64,000 bases of DNA from an uncultured Verrucomicrobiota bacterium (GTDB lineage Bacteria; Verrucomicrobiota; Verrucomicrobiia; Limisphaerales; CAYIIH01): the NCBI GenBank assembly GCA_964363225.1, contig CAYIIH010000006.1, positions 3,345 through 67,344 on the forward strand. Direction: 5' to 3'. The notes beneath the pieces were generated by a model. It did not search any database, had not been told where the DNA came from, and worked only from the letters and a program-made list of their open reading frames with translations. The position numbers and the translations under genes are program-made. Below are positions 17,691 through 27,333 of the stretch, one piece after another. Every line of letters starts with the position of its first letter. Position 1 is the first letter of the stretch.

Positions 17691-19157
17691 ATGAGTTCTC
17701 GGTTTAGGACATTCATTTATGCTGTTCTTGCCCTTCCTCTGATGGTTCAAGCACAACCTGATGAGGACCTTGCCGCCGGCGTTCAGATGTCGCTCGCCCT
17801 GAGTTCAGAATCGGAACCGGAACCGGGGCTTCCTTCGATTTCTTATGAGCAGCCGAAACCACCCAGGACGATGACCTTGCCGCCATTGTTTTACTATCAC
17901 CACGATCCCGACACTGACAGCAGTGAATTTGACCTGCTTTATCCCGTGTTCACTTATGACCGGTTCGGGTCGGAATACCGCTGGCAGCTCTTGCAGATCA
18001 TCAGCGACTCCGGTGGGGGGAATCAGCAGACGAACATCCAGAAGCGCCTTTCCTTCTTTCCGATTTACTTCCAGCAACGCTCCACCGATCCGGCCCTCAA
18101 TTACACAGCTTTGGTTCCATTCTATGGCAACTTGCAGAACCACTTTTTCCGCGATGAAATTCATTTCGTGATGTTCCCTCTCTACCTTGAGACTCGGAAA
18201 AGGGATGTCACCACGGACAATTACTTGTTCCCGTTCTTTCATCGCCGGCACGGGGAAGGCTTGCAGGGATGGCAATTCTGGCCGTTAGCCGGCCAGGAAC
18301 GCAAAACCGTTTCCACCAAGACGAACAGCTTTGATGAAGTCGAGATTGTCGGGGGACACGAGAAGTCCTTTGTGCTGTGGCCATTTTACTTTAATAACAA
18401 ACTTGGGTTGGGCACGGATAATCCTCAGACGCAACAGCTTTTGCTTCCTTTTTACAGCCTCCAGCGCTCTCCGCAACGCGATTCCTCGAGCTACCTTTGG
18501 CCTGTGGGCTTGACCTACACCGTGGACCGGGAGAAGAAATATCATGAATGGGGCGCCCCCTGGCCTTTGGTGGTTTTTGCGCGGGGCGAAGGCAAAACGG
18601 CCAATCGCATCTGGCCTTTCTTTGGCCAGGCTCGTACTCCCATTCTGGAGAGCGATTTCTACCTCTGGCCGCTCTACAAGTACAATCGCGCCCAAGCCGC
18701 CCCTCTGGACCGGCAACGCACGCGCATTCTCTTTTTCCTGTATTCCGACTTGAGCGAGAAGAATACCGCCGCCGGCACGGCTTTGGAACGAACCGACCTC
18801 TGGCCGCTTTTCACCGCCCGGCGGGATCATCAGGGCAACGAACGTCTGCAAATCCTGGCTTTGCTGGAACCGATCCTGCCCAATAACAAAAGCATCGAAC
18901 GCAATTGCTCCCCGGTTTGGTCGCTATGGCGTTCGGAAAAGAATCCCCGCGTGGGCACCGCAAAACAGACCGTTTTGTGGAATCTTTACGGCCGTGAAGT
19001 GACGGCCTCGGCCAAAAAATACTCGCTCTTGTTCGGCCTTATCCAGTATCAATCCGGGCCGGCGGGCCAACGTTGGCGCCGGGTCTTTGTGCCGTTGCAC
19101 AAAGAGCGTCAGCCCCCGGCCGCGAAATCAAGACCGGAATCCGCCGGCCGTGAGTGA
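17691..19157 (+). CDS. Secreted tandem-repeat protein with at least 14 aromatic-Pro-hydrophobic-aromatic units (unassigned family)
   Basis: The start is chosen at MSSRFRTFIYAVLALPLMVQA (signal peptide). The motifs are LYPVFTY, FFPIYFQ, LVPFYGN, MFPLYLE, LFPFFHR, FWPLAGQ, LWPFYFN, LLPFYSL, LWPVGLT, PWPLVVF, IWPFFGQ, LWPLYKY and LWPLFTA, spaced ~20-30 aa apart. Confidence 0.75.
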   Translation: MSSRFRTFIYAVLALPLMVQAQPDEDLAAGVQMSLALSSESEPEPGLPSISYEQPKPPRTMTLPPLFYYHHDPDTDSSEFDLLYPVFTYDRFGSEYRWQLLQIISDSGGGNQQTNIQKRLSFFPIYFQQRSTDPALNYTALVPFYGNLQNHFFRDEIHFVMFPLYLETRKRDVTTDNYLFPFFHRRHGEGLQGWQFWPLAGQERKTVSTKTNSFDEVEIVGGHEKSFVLWPFYFNNKLGLGTDNPQTQQLLLPFYSLQRSPQRDSSSYLWPVGLTYTVDREKKYHEWGAPWPLVVFARGEGKTANRIWPFFGQARTPILESDFYLWPLYKYNRAQAAPLDRQRTRILFFLYSDLSEKNTAAGTALERTDLWPLFTARRDHQGNERLQILALLEPILPNNKSIERNCSPVWSLWRSEKNPRVGTAKQTVLWNLYGREVTASAKKYSLLFGLIQYQSGPAGQRWRRVFVPLHKERQPPAAKSRPESAGRE

Positions 19158-19292
19158 AAAACCGGCTGGCGCAGGTGCCGGGTGAATAATGCGAAATCTT
19201 GAAATTGAAACTGGAGCCGTTTGCCGCCTGTAGGCCCATGAAGGCACGACGGCAAAGGATGCGCCCTAGGCGTGGTTGCGGACGGCCTTGCT

Positions 19293-20069
19293 ATGGTCCG
19301 AAAGACTGGAGCGTTGCGAATTATGTTCCAAAACATTGGTGAAATTTTGCTCCTGTTCTGGCTGACGCTGCTCGCCTTGCCCCAAACCTGGCGGCAAAGG
19401 CGGAAGGTGTGTGAACAGCTCTTCGAGATTGGCAACGCCAGTTTGCTGATGGCCTGCATCCTTTCCATCTTCATCGGCGGGGTCATCGCTCTCCAAACCG
19501 GGCCGGTTTTGCGGGAACGCGGACTGGCAAGTTCCATCGGCGGCTTGGTTGGCCTCTCCATGTGCAAGGAGCTGGGGCCCGTTATGATGGCGGTTTTGAT
19601 TTCGGGCCGCATCGGGTCGGCCATGGCGGCGGAGATAGGCTCGATGGCGGTTTATCAGGAGATCGACGCCTTGCGCACCATGAACATCAATCCGGTCCAT
19701 TACCTGGTTTTGCCGCGTCTGGTGGCCATCAGTTTCGCGCTGCCGTTGCTGGTGATTTTTTCGGTTTTCGTGGGCTGGGTGGGTGGGGCCGCAGTTTGCG
19801 TTTTTAACCGGGAAATCGCGATCAGCTTTCAAACGTACTTCAGCAACCTTCGTACTGTGGTGGAACTGGGCGATGTCATTAATGGCTTGATCAAGAGCCT
19901 GGTGTTTGCCGTGGTCATCGGGGTCGTTTCCTGCCATCAAGGCCTCCACACCATCGGCGGCCCCCAGGGCATCGGCCGCTCCGTGACCAAAGCCGTCGTC
20001 AACTCGCTGGTCTTGATCTTGATCCTCGATTATTTCCTGACCCGCTTTCTACTTTATTTTGAGAAATGA
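19293..20069 (+). CDS. mlaE: MlaE-family ABC transporter permease
   Basis: 258 aa from ATG 19293 (an alternative GTG lies at 19272). The pattern GPVMMAVLISGRIGSAMAAEIGSMAVYQEIDALRTM is the conserved MlaE/YrbE signature. Confidence 0.9.
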   Translation: MVRKTGALRIMFQNIGEILLLFWLTLLALPQTWRQRRKVCEQLFEIGNASLLMACILSIFIGGVIALQTGPVLRERGLASSIGGLVGLSMCKELGPVMMAVLISGRIGSAMAAEIGSMAVYQEIDALRTMNINPVHYLVLPRLVAISFALPLLVIFSVFVGWVGGAAVCVFNREIAISFQTYFSNLRTVVELGDVINGLIKSLVFAVVIGVVSCHQGLHTIGGPQGIGRSVTKAVVNSLVLILILDYFLTRFLLYFEK

Positions 20070-20833
20070 ACGGCCTCCCCTCCAACCATCGGGGTGTCAG
20101 CGTCCTGGTGCAGGGCTTGCGCAAGAGCTTCCGTGGCGAGCCCGTCCTGAAGGGCATTGATTTTGCCGTCGCTCCAGGGGAAATTTTCGTCCTCATGGGG
20201 CCGAGCGGCAGCGGCAAAACGGTCCTGCTCAAACACCTCATCGGCCTGGAAAAGCCCGACGAAGGCGAGATTCTGATCGAAGGCGAATCGATCCAATCGC
20301 CCGAAGTGATGAGCAAACATCGCCTGGCCATGGTCTTTCAGTCCGGCGCGCTCCTGAATTCCCTGACGGTCGGGGAGAATGTCGGCCTCTACCTGAGCGA
20401 GCATCGCACGCATCCCGAGGCTGAAATCGCGCGCATTGTGGCGGAGAAACTGGCCATCGTGGGCCTCAAAGGGCTGGAATCGCGCTATCCGAGCGAGCTG
20501 TCCGGCGGCATGAAAAAGAGGGTCGCCATCGCTCGCGCCTTGGTCATCGAGCCGCAATTGATTTTGTATGATGAACCGACCAGCGAACTCGATCCTTTGA
20601 TCGCGGTGACCATTGCCGAGGAGATTCTGAATCTCAACGAACGCATCCAGGTCACGTCCATTGTGGTTTCGCATGACCGCGACCTGGCCTTTGGCGTGGC
20701 GGATCGCATGGCCATCATCCATGAAGGGAGGATACTTTTGATTGGCACTCCGGAGGAGATCAAAGCCAACCCCCATCCGCTCGTCCAACAATTCCTGAAC
20801 GCAGATTTTAGAAAGGAAAAGAAACCATCATGA
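20066..20833 (+). CDS. mlaF: MlaF-type ABC transporter ATP-binding protein
   Basis: 255 aa with Walker A GPSGSGKT, signature LSGGMKKR and Walker B ILYDEP. An ATGA overlap couples it to mlaE. Confidence 0.92.
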   Translation: MNGLPSNHRGVSVLVQGLRKSFRGEPVLKGIDFAVAPGEIFVLMGPSGSGKTVLLKHLIGLEKPDEGEILIEGESIQSPEVMSKHRLAMVFQSGALLNSLTVGENVGLYLSEHRTHPEAEIARIVAEKLAIVGLKGLESRYPSELSGGMKKRVAIARALVIEPQLILYDEPTSELDPLIAVTIAEEILNLNERIQVTSIVVSHDRDLAFGVADRMAIIHEGRILLIGTPEEIKANPHPLVQQFLNADFRKEKKPS

Positions 20834-21801
20834 AAAACACGCTCGAAACCCGCCTGGGCATCTTTTTTGCCCTGGCGCTGATTGTGGCCGTCATCATCCT
20901 CGAAATGATTGGAGGGCGGGAGTTCTTCAAGCCCAGCTTTCCCGTGCGGGCCCGCTTCAACACCGTGCAGGAACTCAAAGTCGGCGACCCCGTCAAAATG
21001 GCCGGGGTCCAGATTGGCCACGTGGAAAGGATCGCGCTGGCCGACAACAAGGTGGAAGTCACCTTGAAATTAAACCGCGATGCTGGCGTCAGAACGGACA
21101 GCAAAGCTTCCATCAGGTTCAGCGGTTTGCTCGGTCAAAATTATGTCGCCATTGACTTCGGCACGGCCGGCGCGCCCAAGGTGGCCGAAGACGCTCTGCT
21201 CGTAACGACCGAGCAGGCGGATTTGAGCACGTTGATGGTGAAGCTGGAGAGCGTCGCCAGCGGGGTGGAAGGCCTGACCAAGAATTTCAGCGGCGAAAGC
21301 TTCAACAATCTGCTCGGTCCTATTACCGATTTTCTAAAGGAGAACAATCCCAAGCTCACGGCCATCCTGGGCAATGCCCAAACCATTTCCTCGCAAATCG
21401 CCCAAGGCAAAGGGACCGTCGGCAAACTCATTAACGACGATCAACTCTACAACTCGGCTCTCGCCGCCGTTACGAACCTCAACGAGAGCACCAGCGAAAT
21501 CAAATCGACCATTGACCAGGCCAAAACTGTCCTCGCGCAGGTCGATAAGGGCCAGGGCTCGCTCGGCAAGCTCCTGAAAGATGAAACGCTTTATCGCGAG
21601 ACCACCACCGCCATGACGAACCTGAAGGAAATCCTGCAAAAAGTAAACCAGGGCCAAGGCACGGTTGGCAAACTGATCAATGACGAAAGCTTCTACAAAA
21701 ACGCCAAGATGACCCTGCAAAAGGTCGATAAAGCCACCGAGGGCATCGAAGATCAAGGCCCGCTCAGCGTTCTTGGCATCGCCGTTAACAGTCTGTTTTA
21801 G
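20830..21801 (+). CDS. mlaD: MlaD/MCE-family substrate-binding protein with triplicated C-terminal repeat
   Basis: 323 aa with an N-terminal TM helix and an MCE domain (VGDPVKMAGVQIGHVERI). Three G(K/Q)G(T/S)xGKL(I/L)xD(D/E)xxY repeats follow. An ATGA overlap couples it to mlaF. Confidence 0.88.
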   Translation: MKNTLETRLGIFFALALIVAVIILEMIGGREFFKPSFPVRARFNTVQELKVGDPVKMAGVQIGHVERIALADNKVEVTLKLNRDAGVRTDSKASIRFSGLLGQNYVAIDFGTAGAPKVAEDALLVTTEQADLSTLMVKLESVASGVEGLTKNFSGESFNNLLGPITDFLKENNPKLTAILGNAQTISSQIAQGKGTVGKLINDDQLYNSALAAVTNLNESTSEIKSTIDQAKTVLAQVDKGQGSLGKLLKDETLYRETTTAMTNLKEILQKVNQGQGTVGKLINDESFYKNAKMTLQKVDKATEGIEDQGPLSVLGIAVNSLF

Positions 21802-22296
21802 CCGTGTCCGCCCTCCTTTTGGCTTCGGCCGCGCCGCCCTGTGGCCTTTGAGCCGGGCAAGTGCCTGGCAAGAGATGCTAAAAGATGACCAAAATCCGGT
21901 TGGCGCCAAGTCAAGCTCAATTGCACCGTTCTTACCGATGGACAACGCTTGGGCCTGGAATCGGATTTCGGGTCGCGAGGTCTTTGTTTGGTTGGAAATG
22001 AGGTTGGTTGAAGGTTGCAGTTAATGGTGGAATGGCAAAGCTTGCTGGGGGTCGGATGCTCACCCTCAGCAGGCTTTGCGGGACGCACCGCCTGATTCAC
22101 CGAACGACACACCTCGCACCAGCCTTCTCCAGCGTAATTCCCGGACTTTTCTACAAAGCAGCAATCGGCTGCGTCCTCCGCCAGCCAGCCGGGAAATAAG
22201 GTGAATACGACGGCTGGCCCCCAGGTCTTTAGGCTTAGTAATTATGACCACCGAGAGAACTCTAAGCCGTGACAACTCAATAGGAGCGCACAGAAT

Positions 22297-23595
22297 ATGA
22301 CCCCAAAAAATCGAATTAACCGGCGCCGGTTCCTGCAAACGACTTCTGCCCTGAGCCTCGCGGCGCCCTGTTTCCTTCCGTCCGCGGTCTGGTCGGCCGA
22401 AAAAGGCCCCAACGAACGCATTGCCATGGGCTTTATTGGCGTCGGCACCCAGGGGCGCGGTTTGCTGGGTGGTTTTCTCCATAGCAAAGAGACGCAGGTG
22501 CTGGCCGTCTGCGATGTCGATACCACACGGCGGCAGCACAGCAAGAAAACCATCGAGGATTACTACAGCCAGCAGGCCAACAAGGAGTACAAAGGCTGCG
22601 CCGAGTACAATGACTTCCGGGAGTTGATCGCTCGCAACGACATCGACGCCGTCTGCATCGCCACGCCCGACCATTGGCACGCCATCCCGGTCGTGGCAGC
22701 AGCCGATGCCGGCAAGGACATTTATTGCGAGAAGCCTCTTTCGTTGACGATTTACGAGGCGCGCGCCATGGTCAACGCCGTCCGCCGGAACAACCGCGTC
22801 TTCCAGACCGGCAGCATGCAGCGGTCTTCCAAGGAATTTCTCAAGGCCTGTGAACTGGTTCGCAATGGCCGGATTGGCGAGATCAAAGAAATCTACGTTT
22901 CCGTGGGCGGACCCAGCAAGTGGTGCGATCTGCCCGAAGAAGCGATGGAACCGGGCCTGGATTGGAACTTTTGGCTGGGACCGGCCCCGCAGCGGCCCTA
23001 CCATTCCGTTCTCAGCCCGCGCGGCGTGCATACTCATTTCCCGAACTGGCGAAATTTCCGGGAGTATTCCGGCGGCGGCATGACCGATTGGGGCGCGCAC
23101 CATTTCGACATTGCGCAATGGGGCATGGGCATGGATGAAAGCGGCCCGGTTGAAATCCTTCCGCCGGATGGAAAGGAAGTCAAAAAGCTCACCTACAAGT
23201 ATGCCAACGGCACCGTGATGTATCATGGTGGGCTCCAAGGTTACGGCTTTGGCGTGGTCTTTGTCGGCGCTAATGGCAAGGTGTGCGTGGACCGGGGCAA
23301 ATTCAAAGCCGAGCCGGAGGCAATCGCCGAGAATTACGTGGTTGGATCGGACCCGATCAAACTTTACAGCAGCAGCAATCACCTGCAGGACTTCCTCAAA
23401 TGCATCCGCAGCCGGCAGCGGCCAATTTGCGATGTCGAAGTGGGCTGCCGCTCGGTCACGGTTTGCCACTTGGGAAACCTGGCGTATTGGAACAAGCGCC
23501 CTCTGAAATGGGATCCGAAGAAGGAGCAGTTTATCGGAGACGACGAGGCTAATAGTTGGCTGAATCCGGCGAAGCGGGCGCCTTGGAAGGTCTGA
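22297..23595 (+). CDS. Gfo/Idh/MocA-family oxidoreductase with Tat signal
   Basis: 432 aa. It has the Tat motif NRRRFLQTTSALSLAAP, a Rossmann motif MGFIGVGTQGR, and EKP in CEKPLS. An AGGAG SD lies upstream. Confidence 0.92.
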   Translation: MTPKNRINRRRFLQTTSALSLAAPCFLPSAVWSAEKGPNERIAMGFIGVGTQGRGLLGGFLHSKETQVLAVCDVDTTRRQHSKKTIEDYYSQQANKEYKGCAEYNDFRELIARNDIDAVCIATPDHWHAIPVVAAADAGKDIYCEKPLSLTIYEARAMVNAVRRNNRVFQTGSMQRSSKEFLKACELVRNGRIGEIKEIYVSVGGPSKWCDLPEEAMEPGLDWNFWLGPAPQRPYHSVLSPRGVHTHFPNWRNFREYSGGGMTDWGAHHFDIAQWGMGMDESGPVEILPPDGKEVKKLTYKYANGTVMYHGGLQGYGFGVVFVGANGKVCVDRGKFKAEPEAIAENYVVGSDPIKLYSSSNHLQDFLKCIRSRQRPICDVEVGCRSVTVCHLGNLAYWNKRPLKWDPKKEQFIGDDEANSWLNPAKRAPWKV

Positions 23596-23609
23596 GATTA
23601 GAGAAGCCA

Positions 23610-23639
23610 TTGTGCCACGAAAAGGCACAACTTTCTTTA
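23610..23639 (+). terminator. Candidate intrinsic terminator
   Basis: ttgtgcc-acgaaaa-ggcacaa is followed by ctttcttta, 15 nt after the oxidoreductase stop. Confidence 0.4.
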
Positions 23640-24847
23640 TGCCACGAATTCTCATCCTTCTGGCTGGCCTGTTACCGTTGGTTTGGGTGGGCAGCCTTGC
23701 TGCATCGGAAAAAGAGCCGGCTGACGCCAGCCCTTACACGGCCTGGAAGAACGGTCCACCGCACGCGGCCGGTTTCTTTCCCATCGCGGTCTGGCTGCAA
23801 AACCCTAACAAAGCGCAGCGGTACAAGGAAGCCGGTTTCAACACCTACGTCGGTCTGTGGCGCGGGCCGACCGAAGTGCAACTCGCGGCTCTCAAGTCCG
23901 CCGGCATGAAGGTTATTTGCAGCCAAAACCAGGTCGCTCTGGCCCACGTGGACGACCCGGCCATCATCGGCTGGATGCATGGCGACGAACCGGATAATGC
24001 CCAATCGTTGGGCCAAGGCAAAGGATACGGCCCGCCCATTCCGCCGGACAAGATCATTGAGGACTATAAGAGAATTCGGAGCCGGGACCCGTCGCGACCG
24101 GTGCTGCTCAATCTTGGACAAGGCGTTGCTTGGGACCAATGGATTGGCCGTGGCGTCCGCCGCAACCATCCGGAAGACTATCTTGAATACGTAAAGGGCT
24201 GCGATATCGCTTCTTTCGACATTTACCCGGTCGCGCACCCAAGCCCCGAAGTTTCGGGAAAGCTGTGGTATGTGGCTCAAGGGGTCGAGCGCTTGGTCAA
24301 GTGGGCTGGGGGAGAGAAGATCGTCTGGGACTGCATTGAATGCACCCGCATTCAGAACCCGACGCAGAAGAAAGCAACGCCTCATCAGGTCCGTTGTGAG
24401 GTGTGGATGTCCATCATTCATGGCTCGCGGGGGCTGATTTACTTTGTCCACGAATGGGAACCGAAGTTCAACGAATCGGCTCTGCTCAGCGACCCGGAAA
24501 TGTTGTCGGCGGTCACGACCGTCAACCGGCAGATCAGCCAACTGGCGCCAGTGTTGAACCGTCCCACCCTGCATAATGTGGCGAGCGTGGCCTCGGAAAA
24601 TGAGGCTGTCCAAATTGCGATCATGCTGAAGCGGCATGAGGACGCAGCCTATCTTTTTGCGGCCGGCATGAGAGACGGAGCGACCGGGGCCACTTTCAAA
24701 ATCACGGGCCTGAAAGGCGAACGGGCCGTCGAGGTCGTCGGCGAAAACAGAACCGTGCCAATGAAGCAGGGCCTTTTCCAGGACGGCTTCCAGGCATGGG
24801 ACGCGCACATTTACAGATTCTTAGTCAAGAGAGGCGACGACCTATAA
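23639..24847 (+). CDS. Secreted hypothetical protein, possibly a clan GH-A TIM-barrel glycoside hydrolase
   Basis: 402 aa from the second ATG, with signal peptide MPRILILLAGLLPLVWVGSLAA. FFPIAVW, GWMHGDEPDN and IYFVHEW resemble the beta-strand-end acid/base and nucleophile contexts of GH42/GH5-like enzymes. The function is not secure. Confidence 0.6.
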   Translation: MPRILILLAGLLPLVWVGSLAASEKEPADASPYTAWKNGPPHAAGFFPIAVWLQNPNKAQRYKEAGFNTYVGLWRGPTEVQLAALKSAGMKVICSQNQVALAHVDDPAIIGWMHGDEPDNAQSLGQGKGYGPPIPPDKIIEDYKRIRSRDPSRPVLLNLGQGVAWDQWIGRGVRRNHPEDYLEYVKGCDIASFDIYPVAHPSPEVSGKLWYVAQGVERLVKWAGGEKIVWDCIECTRIQNPTQKKATPHQVRCEVWMSIIHGSRGLIYFVHEWEPKFNESALLSDPEMLSAVTTVNRQISQLAPVLNRPTLHNVASVASENEAVQIAIMLKRHEDAAYLFAAGMRDGATGATFKITGLKGERAVEVVGENRTVPMKQGLFQDGFQAWDAHIYRFLVKRGDDL

Positions 24848-25042
24848 CGGCAAGATCATCTTGTGACAGCAAGCTATTGCTGCTGTGGCAGTTGAACATG
24901 ATGAAGAAAGCCGGAAACCAAAAGAACTTTGTCCTGCTTCTGGAAGAATTTGCGGAAACGATCTTGCCTTGGAAAAGCTACATCTTAAGATGCGCGTCAA
25001 CTTGGCGCGATTCGGAAATAAAGCTTCGTCAAGTTGAGACGC

Positions 25043-26041
25043 ATGATCCGGTCGTTTGCATTCACCACGCAAGGTCGTCTGCACAGCAAGGACATCGAAA
25101 TGTTTTTGATGCCGACACTGCTGGCGGACACGAATCTCTTTCTTTGGGTGGATTTGGAGAAACCGACCCCGGAGGAAACGAAGTTTCTGCTGGAAGATGT
25201 GTTCCATTTTCATCCGTTGTCGATTGAAGACTGCGTGATGGTAAGTCCTTCGCCCAAGGTGGAGGAGTATGGCCCCAAGGAGGACGACCGGTTTGCGCCC
25301 TATCTTTTCATGGTGATTCACGCGGTGGATTACAGCCGCAAGGACGGCGTGTTTGCGACCAGCGAGCTGAATTTTTTCCTGGGCAAGAATTTTCTTGTCA
25401 CCTACCACGAGGTGTCACTCAAAGGCATTCAATCCATCGCGGAACGCTGCGTCAAAAGCACGGTGCATATTGCCCGCGCGCCCGACCGGCTGGCCCATTC
25501 GCTGTTGGATTCGATTGTCGAAAACTACAAACCGGCGCTGGATGAATTGTCCCTGGAGATTGCCGAAATGGAAGACCAAGCGCTCAAGGACCCTGGAAAG
25601 GAGACCCTCAATCGCATCATCCAGATCAAAAAGGAGGTGCTGCATTTGCGGCAAATCATCGGTCCTCAGCGTGAGGTGCTGGCCCGGTTTGCCCGAGGCG
25701 AGTTCAAGTTGATTCGCGCACACCTGGTCCCTTATTACCGGGACGTTTATGATGCGCTTTTCCACATTGCCGAGCTGGCGCAGAATTACACGGACACCTT
25801 GACCGGGATCCTGCAGGTGTACTTGAACATGTCATCAAACCAAACCGGGCAAGTGGTCAAGTTGCTTACCATGATCACGCTGATTACGACTCCGATGATG
25901 ATGATCGGCACCTGGTATGGCATGAATTTCAAGAACATGCCGGAACTGGATTGGAGGTATGGCTATCTGCTGAGCGCCCTGGCCACGGTCCTTTCCACTT
26001 GGGCGGTTTGTTGGTACTTCAAGAAGAAACATTGGTTTTAA
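25043..26041 (+). CDS. corA: Magnesium/cobalt transporter CorA
   Basis: 332 aa. It has the YGMNF signature (WYGMNFKNMPEL) followed by the final TM helix. An N-terminal cytoplasmic domain is present. Confidence 0.92.
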   Translation: MIRSFAFTTQGRLHSKDIEMFLMPTLLADTNLFLWVDLEKPTPEETKFLLEDVFHFHPLSIEDCVMVSPSPKVEEYGPKEDDRFAPYLFMVIHAVDYSRKDGVFATSELNFFLGKNFLVTYHEVSLKGIQSIAERCVKSTVHIARAPDRLAHSLLDSIVENYKPALDELSLEIAEMEDQALKDPGKETLNRIIQIKKEVLHLRQIIGPQREVLARFARGEFKLIRAHLVPYYRDVYDALFHIAELAQNYTDTLTGILQVYLNMSSNQTGQVVKLLTMITLITTPMMMIGTWYGMNFKNMPELDWRYGYLLSALATVLSTWAVCWYFKKKHWF

Positions 26042-26073
26042 CAGAGACCGATTAGAATTCCCGCCGCGGTTCT

Positions 26074-27333
26074 ATGCCCAATCCCAAGTCCAGTTTTCTT
26101 GACAAAGTCCTAGGGCGAATCGGCCGGCTGGACGTGGAGGGCTTGCAAACGGTGGTGCAACGGCTGGCCCGGGAACGCAGTCTTCTCGAAACCATTTTCA
26201 ACGCCATCGAGGATGGAATTTTGGTGGTGGATGAATCGGCCCGCATAATTTATTTCAACCAGGCGGTGACGCATTTGGTCGGTTTGCCGGCCAGCACGGC
26301 CGAAGGCGAGCCGCTCGCGCGCCACCTGCCGGAAGTGAACTGGGAACAATTGTCCTCGCTCGAGGCCTCGGGCGGCCCTCGGGTCGTGCGCCAGGAATTC
26401 GAAGTGGCCTATCCGCGCCCCCGTTTTTTGCGGCTTTATGCGGTGCCGTTGGACGGCGAGAATACCGGGAGTTCGGGAGTGGCGCTGATTCTGCACGACG
26501 CGACCGATGCCCGCCAGAAGACACAGGAGGCCATTGAAAGCGAGCGCATCCAGGCTCTGACGTTGCTGGCAGCCAGTGTGGCCCATGAAATCGGCAACCC
26601 CTTGAACGCCTTGCACATTCACCTGCAATTGATGGAACGGAACCTGAGAAAGCTGAAGCAGGTAACCGGCTGGCCGGGCCGGGCTGGGACGCGATTCCGC
26701 CCGCTCCGTTCTCAACTGTTGCAGGCCAAAGAGGACGCCGATGAAATTGCGGACAAATTGGAGAATTACGTGGCGGTGGCCAAAGGCGAAATCAACCGCC
26801 TGGACTACATTCTCATCCAGTTCCTCCAAGCCATTCGGCCGACCCCGCCGCAACTGGTTTTAGCCTCCTGCAATGAGGTCGTTCGTGAAACGCTGGACCT
26901 CTTGCGCCCCGAATTGGAAAACCGGGAGCAGACCGTCACAGAAAAGCTGGCGCGACAGTTGCCCAATGTCCCGCTGGACCCGGCCCAAATGAAACAAGTG
27001 CTGGTCAATGTGATCAAGAATGCCATGCAAGCGATGACGAAGGGCGGTGAACTGACCGTGCAAACCGGGGCCTCTTCCGAAGGGGTGTGGCTCAGTATCG
27101 CCGATACCGGTTGTGGCATCCCGCAAGACCAGATCAAGCGCATCTTTGAGCCTTTTTTTACGACCAAAAAGAAAGGGTCGGGTCTGGGTTTGATGATTGT
27201 GCAGCGCATCATCCGCGCCCATGGCGGCCGCATCGATCTGGAGAGCCGGGTTGGGCAGGGGACCACGTTTCGCATCTGGCTGCCGTTGCAGGAAAGGCCG
27301 CCCCGGCTGCTGGAGGCTCGATCCCATGATTAA
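26074..27333 (+). CDS. Cytoplasmic PAS-domain sensor histidine kinase (NtrB/AtoS-like)
   Basis: 419 aa with no TM segments. It has a PAS region (IFNAIEDGILVVDE), H-box SVAHEIGNPLNAL, N-box KNAMQAM and G-boxes DTGCGI / GSGLGL. Confidence 0.9.
   Translation: MPNPKSSFLDKVLGRIGRLDVEGLQTVVQRLARERSLLETIFNAIEDGILVVDESARIIYFNQAVTHLVGLPASTAEGEPLARHLPEVNWEQLSSLEASGGPRVVRQEFEVAYPRPRFLRLYAVPLDGENTGSSGVALILHDATDARQKTQEAIESERIQALTLLAASVAHEIGNPLNALHIHLQLMERNLRKLKQVTGWPGRAGTRFRPLRSQLLQAKEDADEIADKLENYVAVAKGEINRLDYILIQFLQAIRPTPPQLVLASCNEVVRETLDLLRPELENREQTVTEKLARQLPNVPLDPAQMKQVLVNVIKNAMQAMTKGGELTVQTGASSEGVWLSIADTGCGIPQDQIKRIFEPFFTTKKKGSGLGLMIVQRIIRAHGGRIDLESRVGQGTTFRIWLPLQERPPRLLEARSHD

Noticed and set aside
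17480-17707. 75-aa ORF in the AT-rich gap before the repeat protein
   Set aside because: It overlaps the signal-peptide start of the downstream gene in another frame, and has no SD and no motif. The region is more plausibly a promoter/operator.
19158-19292. Possible terminator after the repeat-protein gene (ccggc...gccgg)
   Set aside because: The stem is only 5 bp and has no U-tract. The gene is more likely co-transcribed with mlaE.
21798-22200. Minus-strand open frame in the 495-bp gap after mlaD, with a Cys-rich stretch (GWLAEDAADCCFVEKSGNYAGEGWCEVC)
   Set aside because: There is no start codon upstream of the Cys-rich part. The annotated 104-aa ORF begins inside it and continues as Pro/Arg/Ser-rich low complexity. 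It may be another gene remnant, but the family is not identifiable.
24796-25227. 143-aa ORF spanning the corA upstream region and overlapping the corA 5' end
   Set aside because: It is out of frame with a strongly supported corA and has no motif. The 9-bp inverted repeat ggcaagatc/gatcttgcc in the gap is too short to interpret.
27197-27325. Upstream extensions of ORF-track entries: 27197 for the regulator, 17565 for the repeat protein, 47469 for the GT2, 46819 and 45727 for the SDRs, 58284, 59324, 54695
   Set aside because: The extensions overlap the preceding gene or are Arg/Cys-rich nonsense. Internal ATGs give canonical N-termini (receiver domain, signal peptide, Rossmann GxxGxxG, GT2 start) and typical 4-8 nt overlaps.
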